This document shows positions 12,482-23,000 of a stretch of DNA of 64,000 nucleotides, piece after piece. The notes beneath the pieces were generated by a model, which made no database searches, was not told the origin of the DNA, and was given only the letters and a program-made list of their open reading frames with translations. The position numbers and the translations under genes are program-made. Each line of letters begins with the position of its first letter. Positions within the stretch are counted from its first letter, which is position 1. The stretch spans positions 434,001 to 498,000 of the forward strand of contig AP039696.1 in NCBI GenBank assembly GCA_051599415.1, given 5' to 3'. The stretch comes from Savitreella phatthalungensis. Lineage: Eukaryota.

Positions 12482-13447
12482 TTATTTCGTCTGCTCTGGG
12501 GACATTCCCGCGGTCATGGCTAGAGCTTGTCTGGCAGTAGCGATGCCTGAGGACTGCGCGCGTGCAGCGACTGGGGAATCCGGTTCGTGCGCATACGTGA
12601 GGGAGGTTGCAGATCGGGTGTGGAGACGGTGTGGGAGGATGGTGGTGTCTCTTTGACCAAAGACGTGAGCGTGTGGACTCGTCACAGACGCCTGTGTCGC
12701 TGTCGTCGACGGCGGCGAGCTCGCTGACGCCGCTGCACCGGACTGGGACGACACACTCGATCGTCTCGATCGCGGCAGCGTCGCATTCAGCTTCGTCTCC
12801 ACAATCCAGTCTGCGATCGCAAACACAGCGTCAACCACCTGCTCGCACGACAGATTCGAGTCTGCCAGTTTATCCCACAGGCCAGGCTCGAGATCCTTGT
12901 ATGGGTGAGCGCGGCGCTTGATGTCGGTGGAGATTCGGCCGTGGATGGCGGCTGCCGAGCCGCCGAGGGTGGCAATTGGGATCGGCCACCTGTGGAGGTC
13001 GGTTCCCATAGAGAATTCTGCAAAGACGGTGTCAGAGTTGGTTGTTGTGCCTTCTGTGGCCGACATCTTCTCGCCCGAAAGGAAGACCATGATATTCGCC
13101 TTCGAGATCAAATCCTGCCTGACTTGGTAGAAGTACTCTGAGCGCTGCGAATGAGTCATCTCAGCCACAGTGCCGTGCTGCTTGAAGGGCACGATGGTTA
13201 TGTATTGGAAGGCCTCTGAGCCTTTGACTTGGCGGAGACCTTCGACAAGCGCATTGCCGATGACGGGTCCATTGCCAGAGACTAGACTGCCGTCTCGCTG
13301 GGCGATTCGACGTGCCAGCTGAATTGCTAGAGCCTCGACCTGCTTCACTTTCGGTCCCCTGCGAGGATATGCGCCAGATACTAGGACACTGCCATTGTCA
13401 AGCGCGCGCTTTGGCCCTCCGAATCCCAAATACTCCTGCACACCCAT
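12482..13447 (-). CDS. stand-alone SLOG (STALD; Thoeris ThsA sensor-domain-like) protein with Ser-rich disordered tail
   Basis: 321-aa intronless ATG ORF. Ordered motifs VLVSGA, LVSGNGPVIG, VPFKQ, VRQDLIS, VFLSGEK, VFAEF, PIPIATLGG parallel the ThsA SLOG motifs as I recall them. Confidence 0.75.
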   Translation of the reverse strand: MGVQEYLGFGGPKRALDNGSVLVSGAYPRRGPKVKQVEALAIQLARRIAQRDGSLVSGNGPVIGNALVEGLRQVKGSEAFQYITIVPFKQHGTVAEMTHSQRSEYFYQVRQDLISKANIMVFLSGEKMSATEGTTTNSDTVFAEFSMGTDLHRWPIPIATLGGSAAAIHGRISTDIKRRAHPYKDLEPGLWDKLADSNLSCEQVVDAVFAIADWIVETKLNATLPRSRRSSVSSQSGAAASASSPPSTTATQASVTSPHAHVFGQRDTTILPHRLHTRSATSLTYAHEPDSPVAARAQSSGIATARQALAMTAGMSPEQTK

Positions 13448-13817
13448 CGTCCAATCGACCTAGATGCGTTCGCTGTGAGCTCGTACTACGTCTGTGTGTC
13501 CAACAACGATGGCAGGACGTTATATCTATTAGCAGCAACCGTCTGATAGACGTAAACGCAAAGCTTTTGCCGTCTGGTCTCAGTCAGAGGTACGTGTATA
13601 GAACGGTTGAAGAATCGGGGTTACGCGAAGATGACCGATCAAGGTGAAGTTGAGCTATGTCACAGGTCATCGTCGAACAGCCATTCACGGTCTGGTTTGA
13701 AACACGAGATAAGCCACCGGCTCCACAGTTCTCATCAATTCCGAAGAACTCTGTGCGAGTCTCGAAGTCTCACAGGTAGAGCGCGATGAGCGTGCCGCGT
13801 ATCTGGCGTCGTCACAC

Positions 13818-15338
13818 TCATAGTGTACTCGGCTGAATGCCTAGGAGCAGATCAGCAACGGTGTACTTTTGCTGGAGGTCGTCACCTGGGTTGGTGATGT
13901 TGTCAGCGAGGTTGCGCGTCTCGTACACTTTGCGTGAGGCGACGCCTGCGGATGCAAGCGTGTCTGAGCCCATGCCGAATTGCCAGTCTGCGCGTGCGTG
14001 GTCGTCGTTGGTGTCCGTGTCGTCGTCAGAGTCGTCGCTGCTTCCGGTTGCGGGGTTGGTGTTGCCCAGGAGATCGTCCATGCTGACCATGCCGTTATTG
14101 GTGGGCGTGTCAATGCCTCCACGCCTCCGCGCCCCAGATCCAGTCAGACGCGGTAGGTATCTGATCCCGTCCTGGTGTACATCCTCGTCGTCGCCCGACG
14201 CCATCTGAGCCTCATCCTCAGGCAGGTAATCATCGAAGATGCCTGGCGGCCAGCCTATCACGGGGTCAAACTCTTGGCTGATCGTCTCTGCTTGTGTGGG
14301 ACCTTCCGACAGCCTGGCTAGCGGGTAGAAGGCGACCAGGAGGCTTTGGAGGTGCCAAGAGGTGACCAAATTTCTAGCAAAGTCATCGAGGTCGTAAGGG
14401 AACACGCCGTATGGGTGTGTGCGCTTTGCGGCCCTTCGCTCAGCGCGGTCTCTGTGGAAGGCCTCGACGGTGGTGTTGCCGTTGAGTGCGTTGTAGAGCT
14501 GGTAGATGAGTAGGACTGTGACTGCGAAGGTGGTCATGGCGGCTGCGATGCAGTTGACGGTGACGAACGCAGGCACAACCCAGTCGTCCACCCCTACCAC
14601 CCATACCAGGTCACGCATCCGACCACCAGCAATCCATGTCAGATGACCGCACGACACCACCACCGCCCCCAGAAACTGCACAAACTGGAGGTGGTTGCGG
14701 CGGCCGACGCAGCCTGAGAGCCAGGGGCAGTGGTGGTCCATGTTTGAGACGCAGGTGGCGCAGGCTCTGCAGTGGTGTGTCCGTGGGCGCTTGAACAGGT
14801 TGCACTGTCGGCAGTACCGGATGCCTTCGCTCATGTGTAGGCCGAGCGCGGATGCCGAATCGGCCGAGAGAAGGGCGTCTGTGAGATGCTGGCGGACGAG
14901 GGAGACGCGTTCGGCGGACGTCAAGCTAGATACATTGGAGGGTGTTGTGGAGATTGTGAACGGTCGCCATAGGCGTGCGGCGTGGTCGTTCTGAGGGATC
15001 GTCGGATCGCGCGTGCACGCTGCGTAGAATGCGATGCAGAGATACAGGACTGAGAAGTCCCACCACGAGATCGAGAGTTGAGCGGACACACGATCGAGGT
15101 CACCTGTTCCAGGCGACAGCGGTGTAGTGATGAAGAGCTTTGCCGTGATGTACAGGAAGGCTGTTAGGGCTGTTGTTGCAAGTCTGATGAAAGCAAGTCC
15201 TCCGGTGACGCCATGGGCCCTGAAGAAGCCACCGCGTCGCATGAACGCCTCGAAGTCGTGGGTGATAGGCTGTCTCTTATCTTCAGACTTGATAGACACT
15301 ATAGACGGAAGTGTCCACCAGAGTGGAGCCGGAGACAT
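13818..15338 (-). CDS. PFA4: DHHC palmitoyltransferase, Pfa4-like (start uncertain: 15338 or 15242)
   Basis: YCRQCNLFKRPRTHHCRAC...MDHHCPWLSGCVG, TTVE motif, FPYDL and WPP motifs, several TM segments. Confidence 0.88.
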   Translation of the reverse strand: MSPAPLWWTLPSIVSIKSEDKRQPITHDFEAFMRRGGFFRAHGVTGGLAFIRLATTALTAFLYITAKLFITTPLSPGTGDLDRVSAQLSISWWDFSVLYLCIAFYAACTRDPTIPQNDHAARLWRPFTISTTPSNVSSLTSAERVSLVRQHLTDALLSADSASALGLHMSEGIRYCRQCNLFKRPRTHHCRACATCVSNMDHHCPWLSGCVGRRNHLQFVQFLGAVVVSCGHLTWIAGGRMRDLVWVVGVDDWVVPAFVTVNCIAAAMTTFAVTVLLIYQLYNALNGNTTVEAFHRDRAERRAAKRTHPYGVFPYDLDDFARNLVTSWHLQSLLVAFYPLARLSEGPTQAETISQEFDPVIGWPPGIFDDYLPEDEAQMASGDDEDVHQDGIRYLPRLTGSGARRRGGIDTPTNNGMVSMDDLLGNTNPATGSSDDSDDDTDTNDDHARADWQFGMGSDTLASAGVASRKVYETRNLADNITNPGDDLQQKYTVADLLLGIQPSTL

Positions 15339-15596
15339 GAAGTGCCGGTGTTCGGTACTCGCGCTTGGCACTCTCCGATGCACATACAGGAAGTTCCTAT
15401 GCACTGCAAGACAGGGATTTCGATCATGTGGAGCTTGAGAGTCATATCAATAGTCTTTCTGAGGAGGCACTAGCTACGTTACGTGCCTAGACAGCTGACA
15501 GTCAGTCGCTGCACAAGAATTGGATCGTCACAAGTGCAGGGACGTTGATGTGCCAGATGTTTGTTTCTGTGCGAATAGCACAGCAGATAGTGCTGC

Positions 15597-16799
15597 TCAG
15601 TCGCGTTCACGTGAGACTGAGCTGCGAGGAGAGATATCGTGCTGATACATACCGAGTTGTTGTTGTTTCTGCTGTTCGGCCTCTAGCGCGGCTTTTTCAA
15701 CCACAGTGTCGCTGCCAGTGCTGCCGTTTCGCGACGCTGGGTCTGCTGATTGGGCAGCAAGGGAGGCTTTCCGAGCGGCTGGCGGAATAATGGCGTTCGG
15801 ATCGTTGCTGGGGATGTTGTCGAGAGCGGTGTTTTCCTGCTCCGGCCAGACACCGAGATTTGTCTTGCTGTCATAGCCAGTCTTGGAGGTCGAGGAGGAG
15901 CTCGGCATGCCTGGCATGCCTGATGCGCCTGACTCGAGCGAATCTGTGGCATCTGTCTGGCCGGAGAAACGGCGTCTGAATCTGCGGAACGACATGTGGA
16001 CGAGAGACTTGAGCGGAAGAGCACCTGCCACGAAAAGCGCCGAGTTCGTCTCGACCGAGGTCCAGATGGCGGCAATGCCGAGCTGGTAGGCCTGCTCGCC
16101 TCTGCTGCCTCGGATAACTGCACGCAACTTGAGACCAGATGCGACGATGATGAGCAAGGCGAGAGAGAACATGCCGGCGAGGACGATCTTCTGTCTGCGA
16201 GAGAGTCCGGCCATCCAGAGCATCGGCAACGGCGCAAGCACAATCAAGCCTTCAGTAATGAAGGTGAAGACGTTGATGACAACTGCCTGTGTTGCTTGCG
16301 CGATGCATTGTCCATGCGCGCCAGGCTGCAGCCTGTTCCAGCTGTACGAGACTGGGACGCAGGGTATTGCGAGGATGAGGAAATGTAGTACCCACTTGAA
16401 GAAGCAGAATGCGAGGATGCCGACCAGGATTGACCAGTAGAGCGGTCGTGAGTGTCTATCGGCGATGCGGATGTAGAAGAGGACGATGCAGCATTTTGCC
16501 CAGTCGAAGGCTGTCGCATAGCAGAGCCTGTTGACGTACGCGTTGATTGCGTAGTTGCGATATTCGCTCGGGCGGATCGGTCTATTGACACCCAGGTTGT
16601 ATTTTGCCGCATAGACAAAGACGGTAATGGAGTAGCAGAGGGTGACGAACAAGGTGGCTAAGACTGCCCAGTCATCGAACCGGAGGCCCACCCGACGCCA
16701 TCTGCGGTCGAAGATGCGGAGACCGACGACTGTCGCGCTGAAGCAGAAGAGGACGACTGTGACGATTATTGCCGCTACCTGGACCGTGTTGTAGCTCAT
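15597..16799 (-). CDS. PTH11-like (non-CFEM) fungal rhodopsin-domain membrane protein / putative GPCR
   Basis: Seven hydrophobic segments with family motifs GLRFDDW, KCCIVLFYIRI, CVPVSYSWN, LAPLPMLW, RRQKIVL, WTSVETN. Confidence 0.85.
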   Translation of the reverse strand: MSYNTVQVAAIIVTVVLFCFSATVVGLRIFDRRWRRVGLRFDDWAVLATLFVTLCYSITVFVYAAKYNLGVNRPIRPSEYRNYAINAYVNRLCYATAFDWAKCCIVLFYIRIADRHSRPLYWSILVGILAFCFFKWVLHFLILAIPCVPVSYSWNRLQPGAHGQCIAQATQAVVINVFTFITEGLIVLAPLPMLWMAGLSRRQKIVLAGMFSLALLIIVASGLKLRAVIRGSRGEQAYQLGIAAIWTSVETNSALFVAGALPLKSLVHMSFRRFRRRFSGQTDATDSLESGASGMPGMPSSSSTSKTGYDSKTNLGVWPEQENTALDNIPSNDPNAIIPPAARKASLAAQSADPASRNGSTGSDTVVEKAALEAEQQKQQQLGMYQHDISPRSSVSRERD

Positions 16800-19700
16800 G
16801 GCGGAGAGCCGCTCTGGCTAGTAGCGCGTTTGATGACAGCCAGAGGACGCGATCGCGCTGCGCTGAGCTCAGCTGGACTGGGCTAAGCTAGGCTGGACTC
16901 AGCAAAGACTTACTGAGCTCTGACTCTGTCACTTGTGATGGCACTCAGCGGCAGACGTCGCGCTGGCGCAATGGTGTGCGGATGAGGAGGAACAAATGGT
17001 CAAGAGAACTTGTCGCGCTGATATGGGCCACTAGCGCTGTTATTAAGAAGAAGCTGAAGTCAAGTGATCCAGAGTGCCAAGAGAGAGATGTGTGAGTGCG
17101 AGTGCGTATGCGAGCGAACCAACACTCTTGTCCAAGAGAGGAAGTGCGAGAAGAAAGACGGAAAGATGCGCGACGGCAGGACAGACCGACTGAGGAGTAT
17201 AGTAAATGAAAGACGGAGAATGGTTGAGGTGAATGCGTGAAAGAAGTGATTGAGTGAGTAGGGAAGACGGAGGAGAGTGAGACGCGGGAGAGCGAAGGAT
17301 GAATAGTGAGAATGAGAGAGGAAGAGAGGAAGGTAGGAGGTTTTAGGGTGAGAGTGAGACAGAACGATGAAAGGGTAAGGATCTGTCGGAAGATTTCCAG
17401 TCCCGGGTTGATGAGACACGTATGAGTGAATGAGGGAGTGAATGAGGGAGTGAGTGAGTCAGTGAGTGAGGGAGTGTATGCTAGAGTAGCAAGAAGGATG
17501 GAGGTCGATTTGGAAGATGGCAAGGGTAACAAAAGTGGGTGAGTTACCCGATGAACAAAGAAGCTGGTTCTGCAGCTCCTCCACCACCTTAGAAAGATCG
17601 AGTATCAAGGCTTTGTTACAATCTACCAAGCATCTCTTGTTGTCAGGGCTTGACCCAACGATCTACACACCAATTTTGCTTCCCGTAAGTGCAGCCTGTG
17701 TGGTCGTAGTGGTGGGTCAATCGCCGAGACATCTTTTTTAGTCCCGTCAACCTGCCGCTGACCATGTATCCACCTAGGCCAGATTTCATGCTGAAAGTCT
17801 TTTGAGGCGGGAGGTGAGTGAACGACAGTCTCGTTACTCAATTGAGACATGAACCTCCGCCTGCTAGAGTTTCAAAACACCCCCAACATACTCGTGTCCT
17901 CTTTCTTACTCTTCGATTTTGCCTCTTGTGTACGGTTCTTGATTATTACTCCTCCTTCAGCTTTGATAAATCTCGAGTGCTCGATGTTCTGTTTGTGACT
18001 CTTCTCAGATTCCGCTGCGGTCTGGATCTTCGGTCCTGGCTTCTGATAAGTTTGTGAGGATGTTCATTGAGGATCGAAAGATCTACCGAGCAAGTCCAAT
18101 AGCAGCAGGTAAGGATACAATTCGAGGCTTTGAAAAAGGTTAAGCAGACCACATGGCCAAAAGTGAGGCGCTCTCTTCGGGACTCTCTTCTTGGTCTGTT
18201 ATGCGAGAAGGTAATACATCAGCAGCTCAGAAAAAATGCCGATTTGGCTGAAACAACGCTCCTCGCTTCGAGTACACCTTAAACGGTAGCATTCTGGTAG
18301 GTCTGATATCTGATCTGAACGCCGTTCAGATTTCACGGCACTCTGAGAGAGGAAGGATTTCGGATTATATCGATGATGGTCAGGTTGACTATCCTTTTTT
18401 CTTACTCCTCGCACAGCCTTCCTGGACCAACAAACCGGGAACATGGCTGTAAAGATGATTGGACTAGACAGGATGCGGCAGAGGGGTATCTTTACGGGTG
18501 AGTCTCGGCAGAATCTAGAAGAGGAGAATCTGAGGAGAACCCAGTTTGTCCTTTCTCTGAACTGCTTCTGATACACCGATTCCAGGATGTGATGATCGGC
18601 GTCCAAATACCTTCAATTACGGACATTTCGACGAGTCCATCTGAAAGTGCATGCATTATGCAGAATGGGCGATCGGATAGCTCGGGATCATCTGTGCCGG
18701 AGATGAAGCCAGAAACAGCAACGATCGTCGTCACTCCTCTTCATCTCTGCCAATGCATCCTTTCCAGTCAGAAATGCTCAAAACATGCACGATGCCACGC
18801 TAGCTCAGATCCCCATCTGCACAGTAGATCGATGGAATGAGTGATCCACCGATCGACTGGCCATCGCGTCAATCAACTAGACACTTGGTAGATCTTCACT
18901 CAGAGCGCACGGTCGATCTCGGAATTCGAACGTAGGGATAGATGGAACGCGCGAATGTGTAGGGATGCCTGTGTAGGTTAAGGAGGAATGATTGTGCTTT
19001 GAACGCCTAATTCACTTCGGGTGGAGTGAGTGACCTTGTCTGCATGCGGAAAGCAGCGATTCGTCGCCCGCTCTCTAGATCGCTCGGCAGGAATTGCCTG
19101 CTCCGAAGGGTCTATCGGTACTTCACTCCACTCACTAGCTCTATCACCTCCACCCAGTATCTATCCCCCGGTCAGCCTAGGATCTATTCATGCGGGAGTA
19201 TCGAAGCGAGAAGGTTATGAGAAGACATGGCATGGATGACTCGAATGCTGACGGATGCAAAGCGCATCGCTCGTACCAGCCCGACTTCTCCCAATACACA
19301 GGTGATGACGAGGTCTTTTTGTTTTCATTGAGCCGGCGCAGGGGGCACGCTATACACATGTCCTTTCCACAGGTCGGCCCGATGAGATGCGGTTGTGGGG
19401 AGATGCATGGAGATGGAAATGACGCTTTCGTGACCTGCGTGACCTAGAAGTGGTACGGTGGAGTAATGTAGTCTGGTGCAGACAGTCGACGGAAGAGCGT
19501 CATTCAAAGGACGCTCGCATTAAGAATTTCTTGATTGGTGAAAGAGGTTTAAAGGACATATGATATAGGTTTGGTCTTGGGTCTAGCTAGGTGTGGGTGA
19601 ATGACCAGCCTCTGAGATTCGATTTAATCTACGGATGAATGTATAATATATTAAAACCCGGGACAAACGAGACATAGCACAATCATCTGCACTTCGATCC

Positions 19701-20000
19701 CCCATCATTTCGCATCAAACGTCCACGTGAGACATCGGTCACATAGCTACGCGACCGGTGAGCAATATCGCTCGCTCGCGTCACCACGTGACTTAGCGAG
19801 CGAGCGAGCATTTGGGGGATAATGGTGTCTTTCGTCAGTAATAGACCTAGACCGGGCTTCCCTTCCCCAACCAGCCATCGCGAGCTGCAATCCACGCTTA
19901 ATGGTACGAGAATGTGATGATCGTGTAATTGAGTGTATTCATAGTTCCTTACTTGACTTGCTCTCTAGATGCATATGTGTGAATTGCTTCTGTCTGAATC

Positions 20001-23000
20001 TCAGGCGTCTTTCATGTCGACGTCGCCGGCGTTTGAGGCAGGTGCATCAGCAGCAGCAGCACTATCAGATTGAGGAGCCGGGGCCGTCGCTGCGGGATCG
20101 GATGTGTCTTCGACCATCGCGTCTCCATCGGTCTCTTGAGCTGATTGCTCGAACTGCTTGTTGTTGCTCGTGGCAGCAGATTCTGAAGGAGAGTCAGCGA
20201 AAGGATGCTTGCCGGCAGGTGCAGAGGACGTCTTCTCGGAGATCCAGTCCTCAAACTTGCCGGATCGCGCACTGCGGAAGTCGTCCTCTTTGTCGAGTGT
20301 GAAACCGTCATACTTGGGCAACTTGCGAATCAAGTCTTCAGTCTTTCCGACGTAGAAGATCTTGTATGTGTTGCGGCAGATCTTGAGTTCTAGGCGAGAC
20401 TGAATGTATCGATGGGCGACGAATCGGTCCAGGACTTCTTGCTCTTCCTCGTCGTCTCCGGCGCGAGGTAGATTGCGCTGCAGGCATGGGCGGACCTTGT
20501 CCTGGGGTACGCCGAATGTCGGCTTCGTGATCGCGAAGCTGTCGAGGTAGTACCGCCAAGCATCGGTCTGCGATTGCGCGTCTACCGCGGGCACGTCGTC
20601 CTTGCCCATCAGCTGGATATGCAGCATGCGAGCGCTATTATCCCACTCGAGTCGATAGATTGTGTCATCCGTGCCGATTGCAGATTCCATCTGGATCCGG
20701 TAGACAATCTGTTCACGCGCAGTAGTCTGTGCCTTGGTCCTGTCCTTCTGGAATGCTTGTGTCTGTGCAACGTTCTTGTCATCACTGACGATTGCGTGCA
20801 ACTGCTTTGCCATCAATCCGACAACCTTGTCGACTGTATAGATCTTGTATGCCTTTGTTCCGTAGATGTACCTCAGCATGTCCTCAAATCCAGCCTGGTC
20901 GATGCTCTGGTCGATCAGGTTCTCGCAAAGCATGAGCAGCTGTTCGTAGTGGTCAGACTCGTCGTCGATCTCGATGTTGAGCTGCTGCAGACGCTGTGCA
21001 ATCAGACCGAGCTCGACGGCGTTCTGGTTAGGCTTGCGCTGCTTGAGCTCACGCGTTGCTTCCTGTTCAACCGATTTCAGGTATGACAGACGCTCGTACA
21101 GCATCCTGAACCAGCGGAAGAAGCAGTAGAAGGTGCTGCTACAGTACATGTTGTACGTCCTCCGCGCTGCGTCCTCACCAGGTGCTGGCGTGTTTGGCTT
21201 GACAGTTGTCCAGGACTCGACGTTCTGGTCGGCGGTCGCCTTGGCCTCTTCCTGCGTTTGATCGGTCGACTCTTCGACTGCAGCGACCTCCTGAGCATGC
21301 TCTTCAATCGCCGCGGGCTCGACATCACCAGCCTTGTCCTCGAGGCTTGTCACTGCTGGCGTAGATGATCGCGAGGGTGGATTCGTCTCGAGCTCATCTG
21401 CCTCTGCAACACTGTCCTTCAGCTTGCGGTGCTTCGAGTGAGCGGCTTCTCGCGTTCGCTTCATGATGGATTTCAGCAGGTCAACCTCTTCGCCTGCCTT
21501 CTTCCGCCGTGTGCTGACGCCGGAGTGGAAAGCTTTGTGAGCTGCGATGTCATCAGCTGTACCGCCGGCGCTGTCGATGATTGTCTCGACATTAATGCCA
21601 AAGAAGAGCGGGAAGAATGTCGCGTTCCACTGAAGCATTTTTTCCTTCTCCGATGCAGACACCGACATCCGTTCGATTTGTGCGGACAAAAGTCTCTGCA
21701 CATCGAGAATGATGTCGTGCTCGCCGAAGCTATAATGGTACTGGTACTCAGGCCTGGGGATGAGTGTGGACGTCCGCTTCTCCAGCTGCACCCTACGCAG
21801 AGTCTCGATCTCGCTTACGAGGTTGCGCACCATCATGGCCTTCTTATCGCTTGTCTTGAAGTGGATGCCTTGGTGGTCGAGCGCCTTGTAGTAGTTCTTG
21901 ACCTCAGTCTCACGCCAGACCTTGTTCCATTCACGCTGAGCACGCTTCCATTCCTCGTCCTTCTGCTTGAGACGCTTAAGAACGACAGGGACAGCTATGA
22001 CGGGATTCTCGTGAAGCTGATCGATGACTTCCTGCCCACGCTCCTTGTCATAGATCTTCTTGATAACCTTCTGGTAAATGGCAATCGACTGCCCACCGAG
22101 ACCTGGAGGAAGCTTGAAGTGGCGCTTCTCATCATCCACCATGTTGCTGATACGCTGTGCGATCGGCTCGAGCAGTTGGATCGTCCTCGCGTTGGCCTCG
22201 ATGTTGAGGTCGTACTCATAGCGCTCCTCTTCGATTTTGTGGAGTGCTTCCTCGTACTGACTCTTGCGGTGGGCGACGAAGCCCGCATCCTCAGATGCCC
22301 AGGTTGGGTGGGAGACGTAAACGTCGTTCAACACCTCCCAACACATGTCGTCCCTGCCAGAGCACGGCAGGAGAGTCTCACTTTTCGGCAGCTGACGGTA
22401 GGAGGGCCCAAAAGCTTTGCAGAGCGACAAATCAACCTTGGGTCGCGAGTTGTACGGCAGGTTGTCAAAGTATTCGTCGGCCCCTGTGTAGTTTACAATC
22501 TTCTTGAACTGATCCATGAGCTCGGGTGAGCCGCCCAGAAAGTTGTCAATCTTCTCGACGAGCGTGTTCTTGTCGATGATTTCCTGAGTGAAGAGGTTCA
22601 ACACCTTGAAGAACTCAACGGCTGCCTGCTTGTTATTTATGAAACGCTTTGCACGGTCGAAGAAGGCCAGCTCCTCGATATGCGTCGAGTAGCGGCCCGT
22701 CGGAGGCGGCAGTGCTTCTGGTGCGGCAGGCAGCAAATTCGGTGATACCGGTCCGATGTCAGACGTACGATGTGCAGATTTTGCCTTCTTTGTCGCTGTT
22801 TGACGGGACGCGGGCTCAGCAGGTCGACGCTTCTTGTCACGTGGTGCAGGAGCGGGCGGAGCCTGCTGAGGTGGGGCAAAGGTACCCACGGTTGGCATAC
22901 GGGCAGCTGCGCTTGCACTTGCGTTGTTCTCCGGGAGGAACTGCTTGAAGTCCTGTAGAAGATCTTGTGCTCCTTTGAAGAGCTCGGTGACCTGGCTGTA

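Noticed and set aside
12482..13447. Complete Thoeris-like operon or bacterial contamination
   Set aside because: No TIR or SIR2 gene is nearby, and the gene is embedded among clearly fungal genes with similar composition.
16945..17532. 195-aa Ser/Leu/Phe-rich ORF
   Set aside because: It is the translation of a pyrimidine-rich low-complexity leader, not protein-like.
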